A stretch of DNA of 64,000 nt from Eledone cirrhosa (GCA_964016885.1 OZ024750.1:22692001-22756000); one strand, 5' to 3'; counted from the first letter of the stretch, positions 27,189 through 56,365 are shown. The notes: generated by a model from the sequence alone, not told the origin. Numbers and translations: made by a program.

Positions 27189-27347
27189 AATTAAATATGT
27201 AAATGATGCAATACTGATTCTTTGTTCCCTTTTAATATTATATATATATATAAGATAGTTAAACAAGATTCAATGAGTACATCAAAGAATGAGTTTTACA
27301 GTAGATTGGAAGCACTCTAGAGAAAAAAAATGGTTTTCCAGAGTTAT

Positions 27348-27798
27348 TAATATTACAGTACAAATATTAATAAAATAGATGTTCTTTTGATCATATATTA
27401 CTCCCCTTTATCTCTGCCTCTCCTTAAATCTTCTATCAGCCCCATTCATAAACTATTATATTCAAGAGACTATTATATCCTAGATAATCTCAAATTGTAG
27501 TATCCCACATTTTAAAAACTCTATAGCTGTCACATTAAGCAACGTTTTTCTTACTCATACATCCTCTATTGAATTTATTACGTTTTCGCATTTTCTCATT
27601 ATTAGGGTATAAATGTTGAGTTTTCTCTTAGGTTAATCACTACCTTGATAAATCTTAACCATTTAACATCTCAGGGTATGTCATGTATCATTATATTTTG
27701 TGTGATGAGGATGTACTGTTATACCTCTGAAATATGTATAATAAAATTTAAATGATCAAAAGAACATCTATTTTATTAATATTTGTACTGTAATATTA
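27348..27798. mobile_element. Insert in (TA)n with perfect 47 bp inverted repeats and a degenerate minimal hammerhead (27695-27747)
   Basis: 27348-27394 equals the reverse complement of 27752-27798. Motif reads ATTTTGT-GTGATGA-hairpin-GAAA-TATGT-ATA-ATAAAAT. Confidence 0.6.
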
Positions 27799-27822
27799 TA
27801 TATATATATATATTATATTATA

Positions 27823-28029
27823 CAGGATGTCTATAAATTATCTTTACAATTTGAAAAATTCAGAAAAAAAATGGAAAAATGAAGATAACTCCACAGTGTT
27901 TATTAAAAGCATCAGAACACTTTTATTATATTATATTTCTTTAACATGCAAAGAAATGTATTGATGGATCTTAACTTTAATGGATGCAATAAACTGTGGA
28001 AGTTATAAAGATAATTTATAGACACCCTG
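27823..28029. mobile_element. Tc1/mariner-type MITE
   Basis: TA-CAGGATGTCTATAAATTATCTTTA...TAAAGATAATTTATAGACACCCTG-TA. A smaller similar element lies at ~26980-27082. Confidence 0.75.
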
Positions 28030-28269
28030 TATATATGTATGTATATATATGTATATATATATTTGTGTGTGTTCAATAAAAGTTGTGTGCTGGGCACACA
28101 AGAAGAAGGATGTGTGTCTTTTGCCTGTGGCATATCACATAATCGGATTTTCATCTGAAGATACCGTTCCCATACCAATAACTAATGCATATATTAAATA
28201 AGGGAACCATTGAAATAATTATAATGAATAAACGACTTATGTAATATCAGCATCTTTTTTAATGTTATT

Positions 28270-28302
<33 letters not shown>

Positions 28303-28378
28303 CAAAGGAAATGTGGTAAGGAACCAGGTGGACCATAACGCACCAAAGTACTCAATACTTGGGGTAGTAGAGTGGGTA

Positions 28379-28484
28379 ATAGGAACCGGTAAGACCCCGA
28401 CGGCTGAGCTCAAGCCGTTTCGACAGCTAATTCTGGATTAGCCGTCGAAACGGCTTGAGCTCAGCCGTCGGGGTCTTACCGGTT

Positions 28485-28489
<5 letters not shown>
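28379..28489. mobile_element. Fold-back element (53 bp arms, 5 nt loop) in (TA)n carrying the 3' half of a hammerhead
   Basis: 28379-28431 vs 28437-28489 with one mismatch. The right arm reads stem II-GAAAC-GGCT..AGCC-GTC. Unpaired tail at ~28301-28378. Confidence 0.65.
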
Positions 28490-28529
<40 letters not shown>

Positions 28530-30159
28530 GGTGCCTACAATTTCACTCTACTAAATTCCACTTACAAGGCAGAAGAAATTTGTCGAAGGTGGCATGCAGT
28601 AGGAGTTAATCTGGAACAACATGGTTGCAAAGCGAACTCCCTAACCATACAGCCATGCTTGCACCTGTGAAGAAAGTCAAACGGTTACAGGGACACTAGT
28701 TTCATTGTGAGAGTCAGAGATCACCGGTGAAGTTTGTTGAGCAAAATATGATCAAAAATAACAAAATATAAAGAAAAATAGAAATTATCTAAAATTAATA
28801 TCATCACCATCATCATCATTATTATTGTTGTTAGTGTCATATCACCATTAAATAATAATTGTTTCTACTTTAGGCACAAGGCCAGCAAATTACCCAGTAC
28901 ATTACTGGTACTTTATTTTATCGACCCCCGTAAGGATGAAAGGCAAAGTTGACCTCGGCGGGATTTGAACTCAGACTGTAAAGGAACGTAACTATGCTAG
29001 AAAGCATGGCGTCCAACCCTCTACCGATACTGCCAATTCACGACCATTAAATAATAATGGTTTCTACTTTAGGCACAAGCCAACAATTAAATTGACCCCC
29101 AGTGCATTACTGGTACTTTATTTTATCAATCCCAGAGGGTTGAAAGGCAAAGTTGATTTTGATGGGATTCAAACAGAAATAATAATAACAATAGTAATAA
29201 ATTTATTCATCTAAATTTCATGTTTTTAAATAATACAAAGTCAAATCTTTTAATATTCATTAAAAAAACAACATTTATTATGTTTATTTGTATTTTATAA
29301 AAATTGCTTTGAATTCTTTAGACAACAGAAAAAAGTTAAAATGGCTTAATTAGAAGCAAATGTATAGAAAATAAAATATTATTTTTATCATCTAATTGAG
29401 AAATAGGTTGTAAAGCAAGGAAAAAAGTAACTTTTGTTTATATTTCAAAAGAATCTTAAATAAAATGTTGGATTTATTTTTTTCCCTTTTAGTTTCTTTG
29501 TTGGCACTTGTATATATGAAACTTCACAGCCCACTGGTTGATTAAACAAGAATAGTTGAGGAAATTGTTTCCATATTTCCATGACTTCTATTAAATTATC
29601 ATCTTCATTTAACCCTTTGATACCAAAATAGCCTGAAACTGCCCTTGGTTCTCTGATTTTATAATACAAAACTGCTTGTTTTAAAGTGTTTATCTTTATC
29701 TAAAAAAACTTCCATCATAATTTTATCTAAGGACGTAATATCATCTTAATAAGTTTATTTGAAAATCATAAGCAGTATCTTTCATGTGGTAAAGAAAGGT
29801 TTAAGATAGTAATTCAGATGTGATTAACTTACATAAATAGCATAATTTAGCAAAATTTGCTACAGAAATTAATAAAATTTAAAAAATGGATACCTACAAC
29901 TGCCAAAAATGAAGCAACACAAAGAAAGGTTTTGAATACTTCAGTGAGAATTTGGAACAGCCAAAGTAGCTGGAGGGTTTGCAAAATTGAATGATACCTA
30001 AAATAAAACTGTAAAAAGAAGACATTGATAATATCACTATCTCATGCCTTTTGTAAAACATCAGATGGATACTACTTCATGGTCCCAGCAGAGAGAATAG
30101 CAAAGCCTTACCTCTGCTACAACTACATTTATTTCCTACTGTTAATGTATTAAACCTAC

Positions 30160-30500
30160 CAGCCCAGTATTCCAAGCCTGATGTTTGTTTGACTATATCC
30201 CACCATTGTAGTACTAACAATGTTTGACTATATCCCACCAGACTGGTATTACAGTACTAACAATGTTTGACTATATCCCACCATCCCAGTATTACAGTAC
30301 CAACAATGACTGACTATATTTAACCATCCCAGTTCCCACAATCCTAATATTACAGTACCAACAATGTCTACTATATGTCACCAACCTATTATTACAGTAC
30401 CAATATTTAACTATATTAATCCACGCAATTTTTTACTATATCCCATTATCACAGTTGTCCAGCCCTGATAATGTTTGATTATATACCACCATCTTGCTAT
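30160..30500. repeat. Degenerate minisatellite, ~40 bp unit
   Basis: Recurring tgtttgactatatcccaccatcccagtattacagtaccaacaa. Confidence 0.8.
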
Positions 30501-33500
30501 TCTGTTCTGCCACACAAATTCTTAATTTCTTTTATCATCCAGACTATTTGCAGCTATTGAACAAGTGTCCTAAATTTCACACCTATTATTTAAAAGTCAC
30601 TCTTAAGCCCAATCATTTATTAGACTGGAGCTTATCCTGGTTTCATGTGGCATTAAGCAACTGAAAGTAGATGACTTTTTGATGGTTTGAGCAAATATAT
30701 ATTTCTAATTCTAATATACTGTGCTGTAACATTTTGATATGCCCAGCCACACACTCATACACCTTAAAGAGTATATTGGCTGTGACAATCCTGTCTTTTT
30801 GAAAAGACAGTAAGGTATGATTTGGCTGCTACTGTGTAGACTCTTTTGTGTTTTAATTGTATAAAAGAAATAAAGAGAATTATGGTGTCAAGTGTTATTT
30901 ACTTGATGCAACCCTTCTATCCTATATTTGAGAGTCCCAGAGGGAGGATCAACAATGGTTGTAGTCTATTATTAACCCTTTTGATATCAAACCACCCCTG
31001 GTTTTATGATACAAAATCTGTCTGATTTAAAGTATGTAATATATATATTTTATGTAAGAAATTTTAGTTAAGTTATATTCCAAACATTCAATTAGTAATG
31101 GATAAGTTAGTTATTTTGCTAAACTTTTGATTATTCTAAATATTAATTGATATACATTAGCAATGTCTTTCACAAGAAATATAGTCATGAAAGAGTTAAT
31201 AAGATTCAAAGATGGTTGGTTGATGGTAGTATCAAAAGAGCACCAAACAAAATAGCTTGTAATATTTAGTAAAATGTTTTTACATTCCGAGTTCAAATTC
31301 TGCTGAAATCATTTTGTTTTCTATCATTCTGAGGATCAATAAAATACATACCATTCAAGTACTATCTCGGCCATAGCTCTAAAGGTCAGAGCTTATCCTG
31401 GTTTCATGAGGTGTCAAGCAACTGAAAGTAGAAGACTTTCTCCTAGACAGGAAGCCAGTTCCTTGTAAGGTTAACCTCCAGTAATTATTAGTACTCCATT
31501 TTTTTCAATTGAGCAGATACGAGTAATATGAAATGGTGAGCCTTGCTCAAGAACATGATATACCAACCAGTCTGGAAATGAAATATATGACCATACAATC
31601 ATAAAGCCAACACACTAACCACTATCTAACATGTGTTTATAAAATTAAAGTCTTTCTCAGCACCACCACCTGAAAAAATGTTAGAAATTAGTATCAGTAA
31701 TAATTGTTTCTATTTTTAGTACAAGGCCAGAATTAGTATCAGTAATAATAAACATGGATAAGATTGAAAAGCACTATCATCATCATCCTCATTACGATTT
31801 CTGCTTTCCATGAATGCATGGGTTGGACAGGTTGCCACAGACTCATATGTTGCATTTTTTCATGGTTACTACAGTTGGATGCCCTTCCTAACACCAACCA
31901 CTCTACAGAGTGTACTGGGTGTATTTTATCATGGCATCAACTAAAAACCTATCACAATTGCGTGGTATGTTATGAGTTTTGATATGTCAGTCACCATACT
32001 TCAGATTTATCTCCTGTGTTCAATGGGATGAGTACCAGCAATATCTTTGTATCAATTCAACTGATTTTAACCCTTCCCTCTGGAAACACTCCCATTGTAC
32101 ATGATCAAAAGAAAACATCTGATTCCGAAATGCAAGAATAAACTGGCTTAAAAGAAGGAAGAAGAAAGGACCCTTAACTTCTGATAGAGTTATAGGGATG
32201 CTATCCTGACACACATATCTTTGGCAGTTACTACTTGGTGGAGCCCACCTCTCCAGTTCTAAACACAGTTGGTTACTCTGTATGTGTATGTGAGTGAGAG
32301 ACAGAAGAACCAATCCCAGTACTCAACTGGTATTTTTTCTCAAACTCAAAAGGCAAAGTTGACCTCAGCAGGATTTGAATTCAGAGCACAGTGAACTAGA
32401 ACAAAAACCAAGGCATTTAATCCAATGACCTAACAAGTCTGTCAATTTGCCAATTAGAAAGAGAGCAAAAATCCAATGTTTGTTTTCAGCATGATCTAGA
32501 AGTTTTAATTTTGTAAACTAAATTAAGATAAACAAAATAAAGCCATTTGTACTTTTAATGTACAATTCATCAGCTCCTCATCACCAGAACATAACATTTC
32601 TTTTCTTTTGAAAATGGGATCCTAACACTGAAATACCATGGATCTAAAGTAAAAGTGTAAACTATCATTTTGTTTTGTTTTACCTTGCTTTACTTTAGAT
32701 TAGATTTCACTCCTCTATTTCTAACTTGTATTGTACCAGTTTTACCAAAACAATCTTAACCACATATTTCCCAATGTTTCATATAAATTATACTAAATTA
32801 AGATAATTTAAATTAAAGTTAAAAAGTATGTCCCAAGCCTAGAAGCTCATCAATCTGAAGTTTCATCATCCCAGTTTCATGAGGTGTTAAGCAACAGAGA
32901 TAACAAGACTTTCTCCCAGTGTGTAGGACACTAGTCTGTCACAATTTCTATCCAACAATTGCTTCTGGTACTCATTATGTGGACTGAAGCAACATGAAAT
33001 TAAGTGCCTTGCTCAAGAACACACAAATCCCCCTGATTCTGAGCCCAACACATTAACTTATAGACCATGAAAATGAAATCAAATTTGCAGCTCACACTTA
33101 TATACTGATTTAGCTAGCTTCTTTATACAATATTGAGTTCCATAGGAGGTTTCTCAGGTGTTTTAATTATAGAGGGCTCCAGTCCTATCATAGACAGACA
33201 TATGTACATTGCTAGAGTTCACACTGAAGCAGGTTTAGCTGGCCTTCTATGAAGTTATATCTCATAGGTTTCTCAAGAGTTTTTTTTTATCAACCCACAG
33301 AAGGATGAAAAGCAAAGTTGACCACAGAAGAATTTGAACTCAAAACATAAAGAGCTGGAACAATTACAGCAAAAGACTTTGACACTCTAACAACTCTGCC
33401 AACCCACAACTTAATATCATGTAATAATGGTTACTAATTTAGGCACAACCCCATCAATTTTGGTGAGAGGAAAGTCGATTAAATCTACCCCAATACTTAA

Positions 33501-36311
33501 CTGTCAGCTAATTCTATTAACCAACAAATGTTGCATTTTTACATAATTCACTACCAGAAAACAAACATGCATCTGTTTGTTTGTCTCTCTCTCAGAATTG
33601 GCTATGTTGTGGAAAACCATCATCACTGACCTTTTATGCAAGGGGCTAACAGCCTCTTCTCATAAAAATATGTTACAGAATACATCCCAGCACAAAACAG
33701 TGATATAATAGAATTTATTCCATGCAAGTTATTTCCCTTTACTAAAAACCCTTTGTGGTAGTGCCCGAGCATGGAAAGCAGACATAAGATCATGATAATG
33801 GTGAGGATTTTATACATACATACAAATATAAAGAAAGCTTGCCAAACAAAGGGTTAGGAGGATCCTTTAGTTATGTCAAGGACATGACACCTTCCTTAGT
33901 GCTGATGATCTACACAATAAAAGCACCCAGTACATGCTCTAAAGTGGCTGGTGTTAGGAAGGGAATCCAACCATAGAAAGTTTGCCAAACAAGGAGTTAG
34001 GAGGATCCTTCAGTTGTGTCAAAAGACACAACTTCTCTGCACTCAATAATGATTGTATATAAGTGGAATACAAACGTTCTTAGCCTGCCTGATACATCAG
34101 TGGCCCCACTTCAGTACTGACTTGGTCTATGTACACTTGTCCAACCCTTGCTATCAAAGAAAGTGAATGTTAAATGATGATGATGATGATATAATTGCTT
34201 GATTTTTGGTCTGTTTGTTACCAATGCAGTAAACCAGTAAACCAATCATGTTCAAATTTGGCATGGAAGGTCCTTAGACTCAGCTATAGGTTGTCCTCAA
34301 ACTTGGACCTATATTGTTTTCAGGGACAGGAGATAATCCTCATTCAACCAAAATTTGACTTAACCATTAAATGGAAGTTAATGCAGTATGTGTGTCACAT
34401 GGTGTTTGTGTGTTAGCGGGTGTTTCACCCCTTTCGCTCGTTAATTGACTTAATGGAAAGGGAAGGGATAGGAGATACCTTCTACATGGTCAATGCACAC
34501 ACACTCTCTCTATATATTACACATATATGAATTTAATATAATCTATGAGCCACAGATATATAATAATATGATATAAAATGTATATCTTTCTTGGAATTAA
34601 ATAAAATTGTAAACTATGGAGAGATCCAGAGAAGAGGGCTGCAGAGAGTGTGTATGTAAGGAAATATGTGTATGAAAAAGAGACTGTGTGTGTGTGGTTT
34701 GGAGTTAAAGAGTATGATTATATTGTCAAACAAGTTGACAGTTAAATTACAGAGCTGTCTCAAACCAATATTATGGTTTAACTCTGTTAGCTTAATACTT
34801 TTGATATCAAACCCTCCCCAGTTCTATATTACAAAGCTGTTAATTTCAAAATGTTCATATTTTATTTTAAAACATTCCAACATAGCTTTATGTAACAACC
34901 TTTGTTCGAAACCCCAGCTTAATAATGATATAGTTAGTTATATTACTAAATCCCTCCAAATTCTTATTTTCAAAATAATTTAAAACTCATAGGCCAAGTT
35001 TTTCATAATATGGTAAGGAAAACATTAAAAAAAACTAAAGTCTGTTTCAAAACTTGAGGCTCATCTGGCCAAATATTTCATTGGCAATAAACTCTAAAAA
35101 GTACAAGACTTACGCCGTGACAGAACCTCAATCCACCACATCATTAACAACCTAGCTGCTACTGGGATCCAGGTTTTTTTTTCAGCTGAGAGAACTGGAG
35201 CAATGTAAAATGTAGTGCTTTGCTCAAGGGAACACAACACATATTTTAAAAATCAAACACACAACCTTACGATCGAGAGCCCAATACTTTAACCAGTAGA
35301 CTGCGCATAATCACCATGGTTGCTACAGCAATTAAATAATTAGCCCAATAAATTTTAATTTAAAAAAATATACATAATTCTGAATTCAGTTATGGGTAAT
35401 TTTCCATCTTTTTTATTAATATTATATTTTTTTGTAACCTTTAACTTTTTTTTTACATACATTTTCCTATGTTGGTATGCATTCCATTTATAAATTAACC
35501 CTTTCATGACCATATTTCTAAAATAGTCTATATTTCAAAGAGTTAACCTTCAGCACGCTAGAAATGTTTGTGAATTGCTTCCCTTGACACTGCAGTATGT
35601 ATTAAGGGGAGATTACTCTATCGGCGACATAATGCACATGTAGTGCCAAGAAGGTTAAAAAAGAATTTTGAGGGATTTACTAAATTTATAAATTATTTCA
35701 GTAAGATAACTTAACATATCGTTCTTATATAAAATTATTTTGGAAGATTTTAGTTTATATAGGAACCCTTTTAAATGGATGGTTTTATTTTATAAAACCA
35801 GAGCTGGTTTTGGTTGAGTTGGTATCAAAAGGGTTAATGCATAATAAATGGTTGGCTCAATGATATTTTACAGAAGGATGTAATAACTGCTGCTGAAAAC
35901 CAATAAATTATAGAGGGTGAGCAGCAAACATTCTCAGTTAGGCTGGCTGAGGTAAGTAAAGTAGTGTAGCTTGCCTAAAGATACAACATAAAACTTACTA
36001 GGTTTTAAGTTATATTTTCACTGAGCTTAAAAATCTCAATTCTTAAACTGCAAGCCACAGTGCAAATATATGTACACACACACACACACACACACGTATG
36101 AGTGTGTGTGTGTATGTATGTATGTATTTATATATAAATATATATATATATAAATATGTGTGTATGTATGTATATATATGCACACACATACATCTATATA
36201 AACACAAGCATTGATATACCTACATACACATGTATAGATTTAGAAATACAAATGGGAGAAAAACAACTCAGTACACAAACTAGAGTGTGTGTATGTATAT
36301 GCATATGTATG

Positions 36312-36385
<74 letters not shown>

Positions 36386-36539
36386 TTTTAATAATAGAAA
36401 TCTTGTGAAGAGGTGAAATTCATGATGTTAGGATGATTTTTAAGACGTGGTTTTTTTTTTTTATGAAAAAACAGATTTTGGGAGTAGGGCATGATAATGT
36501 GATCCATCTAAGATTTTTCTAGAAATATGAGATCTGTTA

Positions 36540-36740
36540 TAGCAGCAGGTCTTTTAAGAGGATTATAGAAACCATGGAAGAATGGTGTGAAGGGTATAGG
36601 AGGCAATGCAGACCTGTCAAGACTTACTTGAGGTTTATGAAGAAAGACTTGGTAGACATGGGCCCGTCCTAGGAGCAGGCTCATGACAGGGGCTTGCAAT
36701 TGCATAGGATGGAGATCTCTCATCGACCTATAATCCATAT
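36540..36740 (+). mobile_element. 3' end fragment of an RTE-like LINE
   Basis: RPVKTYLRFMKKDLVDMG...EQAHDR...WRSLI resembles the RTE C-terminal GRP..TW...DR..WR motif. Confidence 0.45.
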
Positions 36741-38562
36741 GAAATGAAATATGAAATTTACAGTTTAACTGGCCTCCTACAAGGTTGACATCTCATAGGT
36801 GACTTCTAGGGTGTTTTAACAATAGGGTCTCCTTTATCATGAAAAGCAATGGGGAAATGAAGCATTTTGCTCAAGAAAACTGTACACTGCCTGGTCGTCC
36901 AGAAATCGAACCTACAACCATATGATTGAGTCCAATACCCTAACCAGTAGGCCACACACCTTCATATGGAGCAAAAGGAGCTACAAAATAAAATAGAGAG
37001 AATTACTAAAGCAACATGAGGAATAGCTTTCTCTCTATGTTGGACCTCACTCAGATCAGACGATGAGTGTTCCAGTTGTATGATCAACAGAGCAGTGCTC
37101 ATAAAATTAACATGCAAGTAGCTGAGCAGTCCACAGATACGTGTACCCTTACTGTAATTATCAGGGAGATTCGGCATAACACAGTGTATGATACAGCTGG
37201 CCTTTTTGAAATACAGATACATCTCGTTTTTTCCAACTGAATGAGCTGGAGCAACGTGAAACAAAGCATCTAGTTAAAGGGCACAACAGGCTGTTGAGAA
37301 TTGGATTCACAATCTTACAGCTGTACCACTAAGCCATGCACCTTCCTTCCCTCTTCTCTCTATTCCAGAAAACAGAGTTAAGAAGAGCAGACCACTGTTA
37401 CTACTACAACTCAAAATATCCAAGGATTTTGATGAAGTAAAAATATGATATAAACAACTGAAAATATAATTTGAAAATATGTTTGCTTTTGGGGGGAAAC
37501 TGCCACAATGCAAATAACTATATATAATATTCAACTATTCATCATTATCATCATTAAATGATAATGATTAATAGTTGAATAATTTGGATAAATTGGACAG
37601 AAATGCCTGCAGGAATCATACATGGTTTGAATCCCATAGGCATTTGTCTACATCATTCTATCTCCTGGGATACTTTACTTGACTTATACAACTATTATTT
37701 ATTGTTATCTGTATTGTGGTGGCTGCTCAACAAAGCAAATATATATTTAAATTTCAAATTCCCCCAATGTTTTGTAAATTTACCAAATGTTTCACTGAAA
37801 ATATAATTATACGAGGAAGAAATGAGTGAAATGTTTTGATTTTCATGAGAATAAAATGTAAGTTGAAATAGAGATGGAAGCAAAAAAAAAAAAAATATAT
37901 ATATATATTTATATTTTTTAAAAATCTATATTTAATTAATGGTGTTGTGAATGAAACAAACAGGTATGTATGTGACATCTATCGTATGGAAGGGAGGGGG
38001 TGGGGGTAAGTTTTCTAAAGATTCAATATTATTAGTAGAGGCATGAGTGAAGGGGTGGAAGTTAAATAGGAAGAGAAGAGAAAAGAGAAATATAGAGAGA
38101 ATAGAGAGTGAGAGAACATTCACAAGTTAACTAGGTGTGGCTTTTAACATCACAAACATTATGAATTTAAAATGTGTACAAAAAGAGGAGGGGTGAGTGG
38201 AGGTGAGATAGAGAGACAGATAGAGGAAGAAGGGAAAGGGAGATAGAGAGAGTTATAGAGAGCAGAGGGGGGGGGAAGGAAATGGGGACAAACAGAGTGA
38301 AAGAGAGAAAGAGGAGACATTGCATCAGAAAGAGAAAGAGAGAGTAGGAGACAAAGAATATCAGTCTAGATATTCAATATTCCAATAAAACAATAAAATT
38401 AAAAAAATATACAAAATCAATGTTTCTTTAAAGAGAGTGGATGTTTGGTGATGTTATTGTGCATTTTTTTTTTTTTTTAAATGATAACAACTTAGCCCTT
38501 TTGATACCAAACTGCCTGAAACCAGCCCTGGTTCTTTGACACACAACTTTTCTAAATGTTTA

Positions 38563-39143
38563 TCTATATATAATATAAAAGAGAGATATTTATTGGTTGG
38601 TTGGTTGGTTGAATCACACAAAAACTACATACAGACACATCTAAAGAGAGAGATAGGCTGTTATACAGAGAGAGAGATACATCTAAAGAGAGAGATACAA
38701 TTAAAGTGTTAGATACTCAGAGAGAGAGAGAGACGTCCCACATAAGTCTAGAATCAGCTTAAACTATAGATCAAAGTTTTACAGTCTTTGATTTTACAGA
38801 ACCAAGAAAAATTGATACTATTTGAAATTAATCTACTCTCCACCTTTTATCCATATACTACTTACAGACTGTACTAACGAAGCTAAACACTTCAGAGGCA
38901 ATGTTATGTGGCATATTGCTGCGTTTCAGATGACATCCTTTGGAGCTGAAAAAGATCATACTGACTATGGTTATTTCACATTTAAAATCCAAAGCCAATG
39001 CTACCATTTAATCGGCAGTTTACTCCTCCAACCTAATAAGGAGGTATCACCTCATACCAGACAACACATCCAATACAGTCGTTTTCTCTTTTATCTGTCT
39101 TCTCTTAACTGTTCTCCCGGGCAAAGCCGGGTACCTCAGCTAG
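38563..39143 (+). mobile_element. Non-autonomous Helitron inserted in a piggyBac-like MITE
   Basis: A^TCTATATATAATATAAAA 5' end, subterminal hairpin CCCGGGCAAAGCCGGG, 3' CTAG^T, no TSD. The flanks rejoin into the MITE sequence seen elsewhere. Confidence 0.85.
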
Positions 39144-39934
39144 TATTTATCTAAAAACCTTCCATCATAAGTATATGTAAGAAGCTTTAAGTTATGTTAC
39201 AAAGACTAGTTTAATAATGAGAAAATTATTTTACTAAATATCTCCAAATTCTTAATTTTCAAAAATTTGAAAATCATTGTTTTTAAATCTTAAAATAAAA
39301 TAGAATTTTAAAAAATGAATAAAATAAAATGAAAATATAACACAAAAATACGTAACTACCCTATCTCGAAGTTAATAGAATTTTCTTATTCATTCAATTG
39401 CTAGGAAAACAGCTCCCTATGATACAGCATTCTTTTAACCCTTTTGATACCAAACCACCAGAAAATGGCCCTCACTCTATAATACAAAGCTGTTTGTTTT
39501 AAACTGTTCATACATAAATTTAAAACTGCTATCATAATCTTATGTAAGAAACTTTAAAGTTATAATCCAAACACCAGCTTATGTTAAATGAGAAAGTTAG
39601 TTATATTACGAAATCCTTACAAATTCTTGATTATCTTCAAAATGATTTGAAAATCATAGGCAGTGTCTTTCATCAGAAATATGGTAAGAAAAGGGTCAAG
39701 CTGTGTGATTTTTTTAAGGAACTCAAATTCCTGGGGGAATTTTTCCCTTAATGTCTATATAATTAGAGGCATCTCACATTTTTTGTTTGTTTTAAATTTT
39801 ATTTTTACTCTACCTCTATCACATTTTAACTGTGCTTTTACTTCACACAGATCTAACAGAGACGAGCATTTTCTCAGTGAAAACATGATGTTATATTTCA
39901 TTTTCTTTTAAAAGGAGAATTAAAAAATAAAATA

Positions 39935-40185
39935 AAAATGAAATGAAATTTACAGCTCACACCTATGTAGGTTTAGCTGGCCTCCTTATGAGGTTTGCAA
40001 TGCATCTCATAGGAGGTTTCTCGGGTGTTTTAATGATAAGGGCCCCCAGTCCTATCATGAAAAGCAACATGAAATGAAGCATCTTGCAAAAGAACACAAC
40101 ATGCCCCCTGGTCGGTCCAAGAATGGAACCCACGACCTTATAATCATGAGTCCAACACCTTAACCACTAGGCCACCACCTTCACC
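39935..40185 (-). mobile_element. tRNA-derived SINE (family B) with CORE-like segment and (TTTCA)n tail
   Basis: GGCCTAGTGGTTAAGG head, ttcttttgcaagatgcttcatttcatg segment, tail tttcatttcatt. Copies at ~14610, 36735, 47659 (+), 61450. Confidence 0.7.
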
Positions 40186-40462
40186 AAAAAAATGTGACAG
40201 AACTGTCTCATATAAAGTGAGTTGAGATTGGGCCCAGTGGGGCTTTGTAGTAATAAAATAATGACATGGCAAACAGAGACAGAGCATTTTGACCAAGTGA
40301 CTAACTGAAGTCTTTCAGTTTAGTCACCTTCATCTATGGTCAGATGATGGGGGGAGGGTGGGGCCAGTGGGGATGGAGGGCAAGAATAAGAAGAAAAGGA
40401 GGAATTATAAAGGGATGAGAAGGATGCTGGTAAGACTAAGGAAGAGCCGTGCAAGGCAATGC

Positions 40463-56000
<15,538 letters not shown>

Positions 56001-56039
56001 TTACTTCGTTAAAAAACCCCAAAGTTATTTAGCAAAGTT

Positions 56040-56365
56040 CCAGTGTCAATCTCTACCCGGAAGCTTCCTTTGAGCAGACACATACTAATGCTATGCGCAT
56101 GTGTAAACTGCGAGGGTCCTTGAAAAAATAAATCTCATATTTATACCCAATTTTATTGATAAGCAATTTTCAAATAAATCAAAATATCTTTTTTTAAATC
56201 AATTCCAAATTCATATTATTTCCAACAATATGATTATATAATTTTGTTTTGTTATTTAATTTCAGCCAATCAAAGGACGAATACTCTTATTTCTGCATGG
56301 TAGTCAGTGTTTGAAATAAACGGCTGTGTTGTTATGGAAATTTAATTTATTTCCGCCCCATGTAG
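56040..56365. promoter_or_regulatory. Putative bidirectional promoter
   Basis: Lies between the FAM76 start (-) and a candidate first exon (+). ETS-like CCGGAAG 56057-56063, NRF1-like TGCGCATGTG 56094-56103, AGCCAATCA 56264-56272, GC box CCGCCCC 56353-56359. Confidence 0.55.

Noticed and set aside
30160-30500. Repeat array superficially like CRISPR (also 45940-46060)
   Set aside because: Degenerate tandem units without unique spacers, in eukaryotic context; the second array is SINE-derived.
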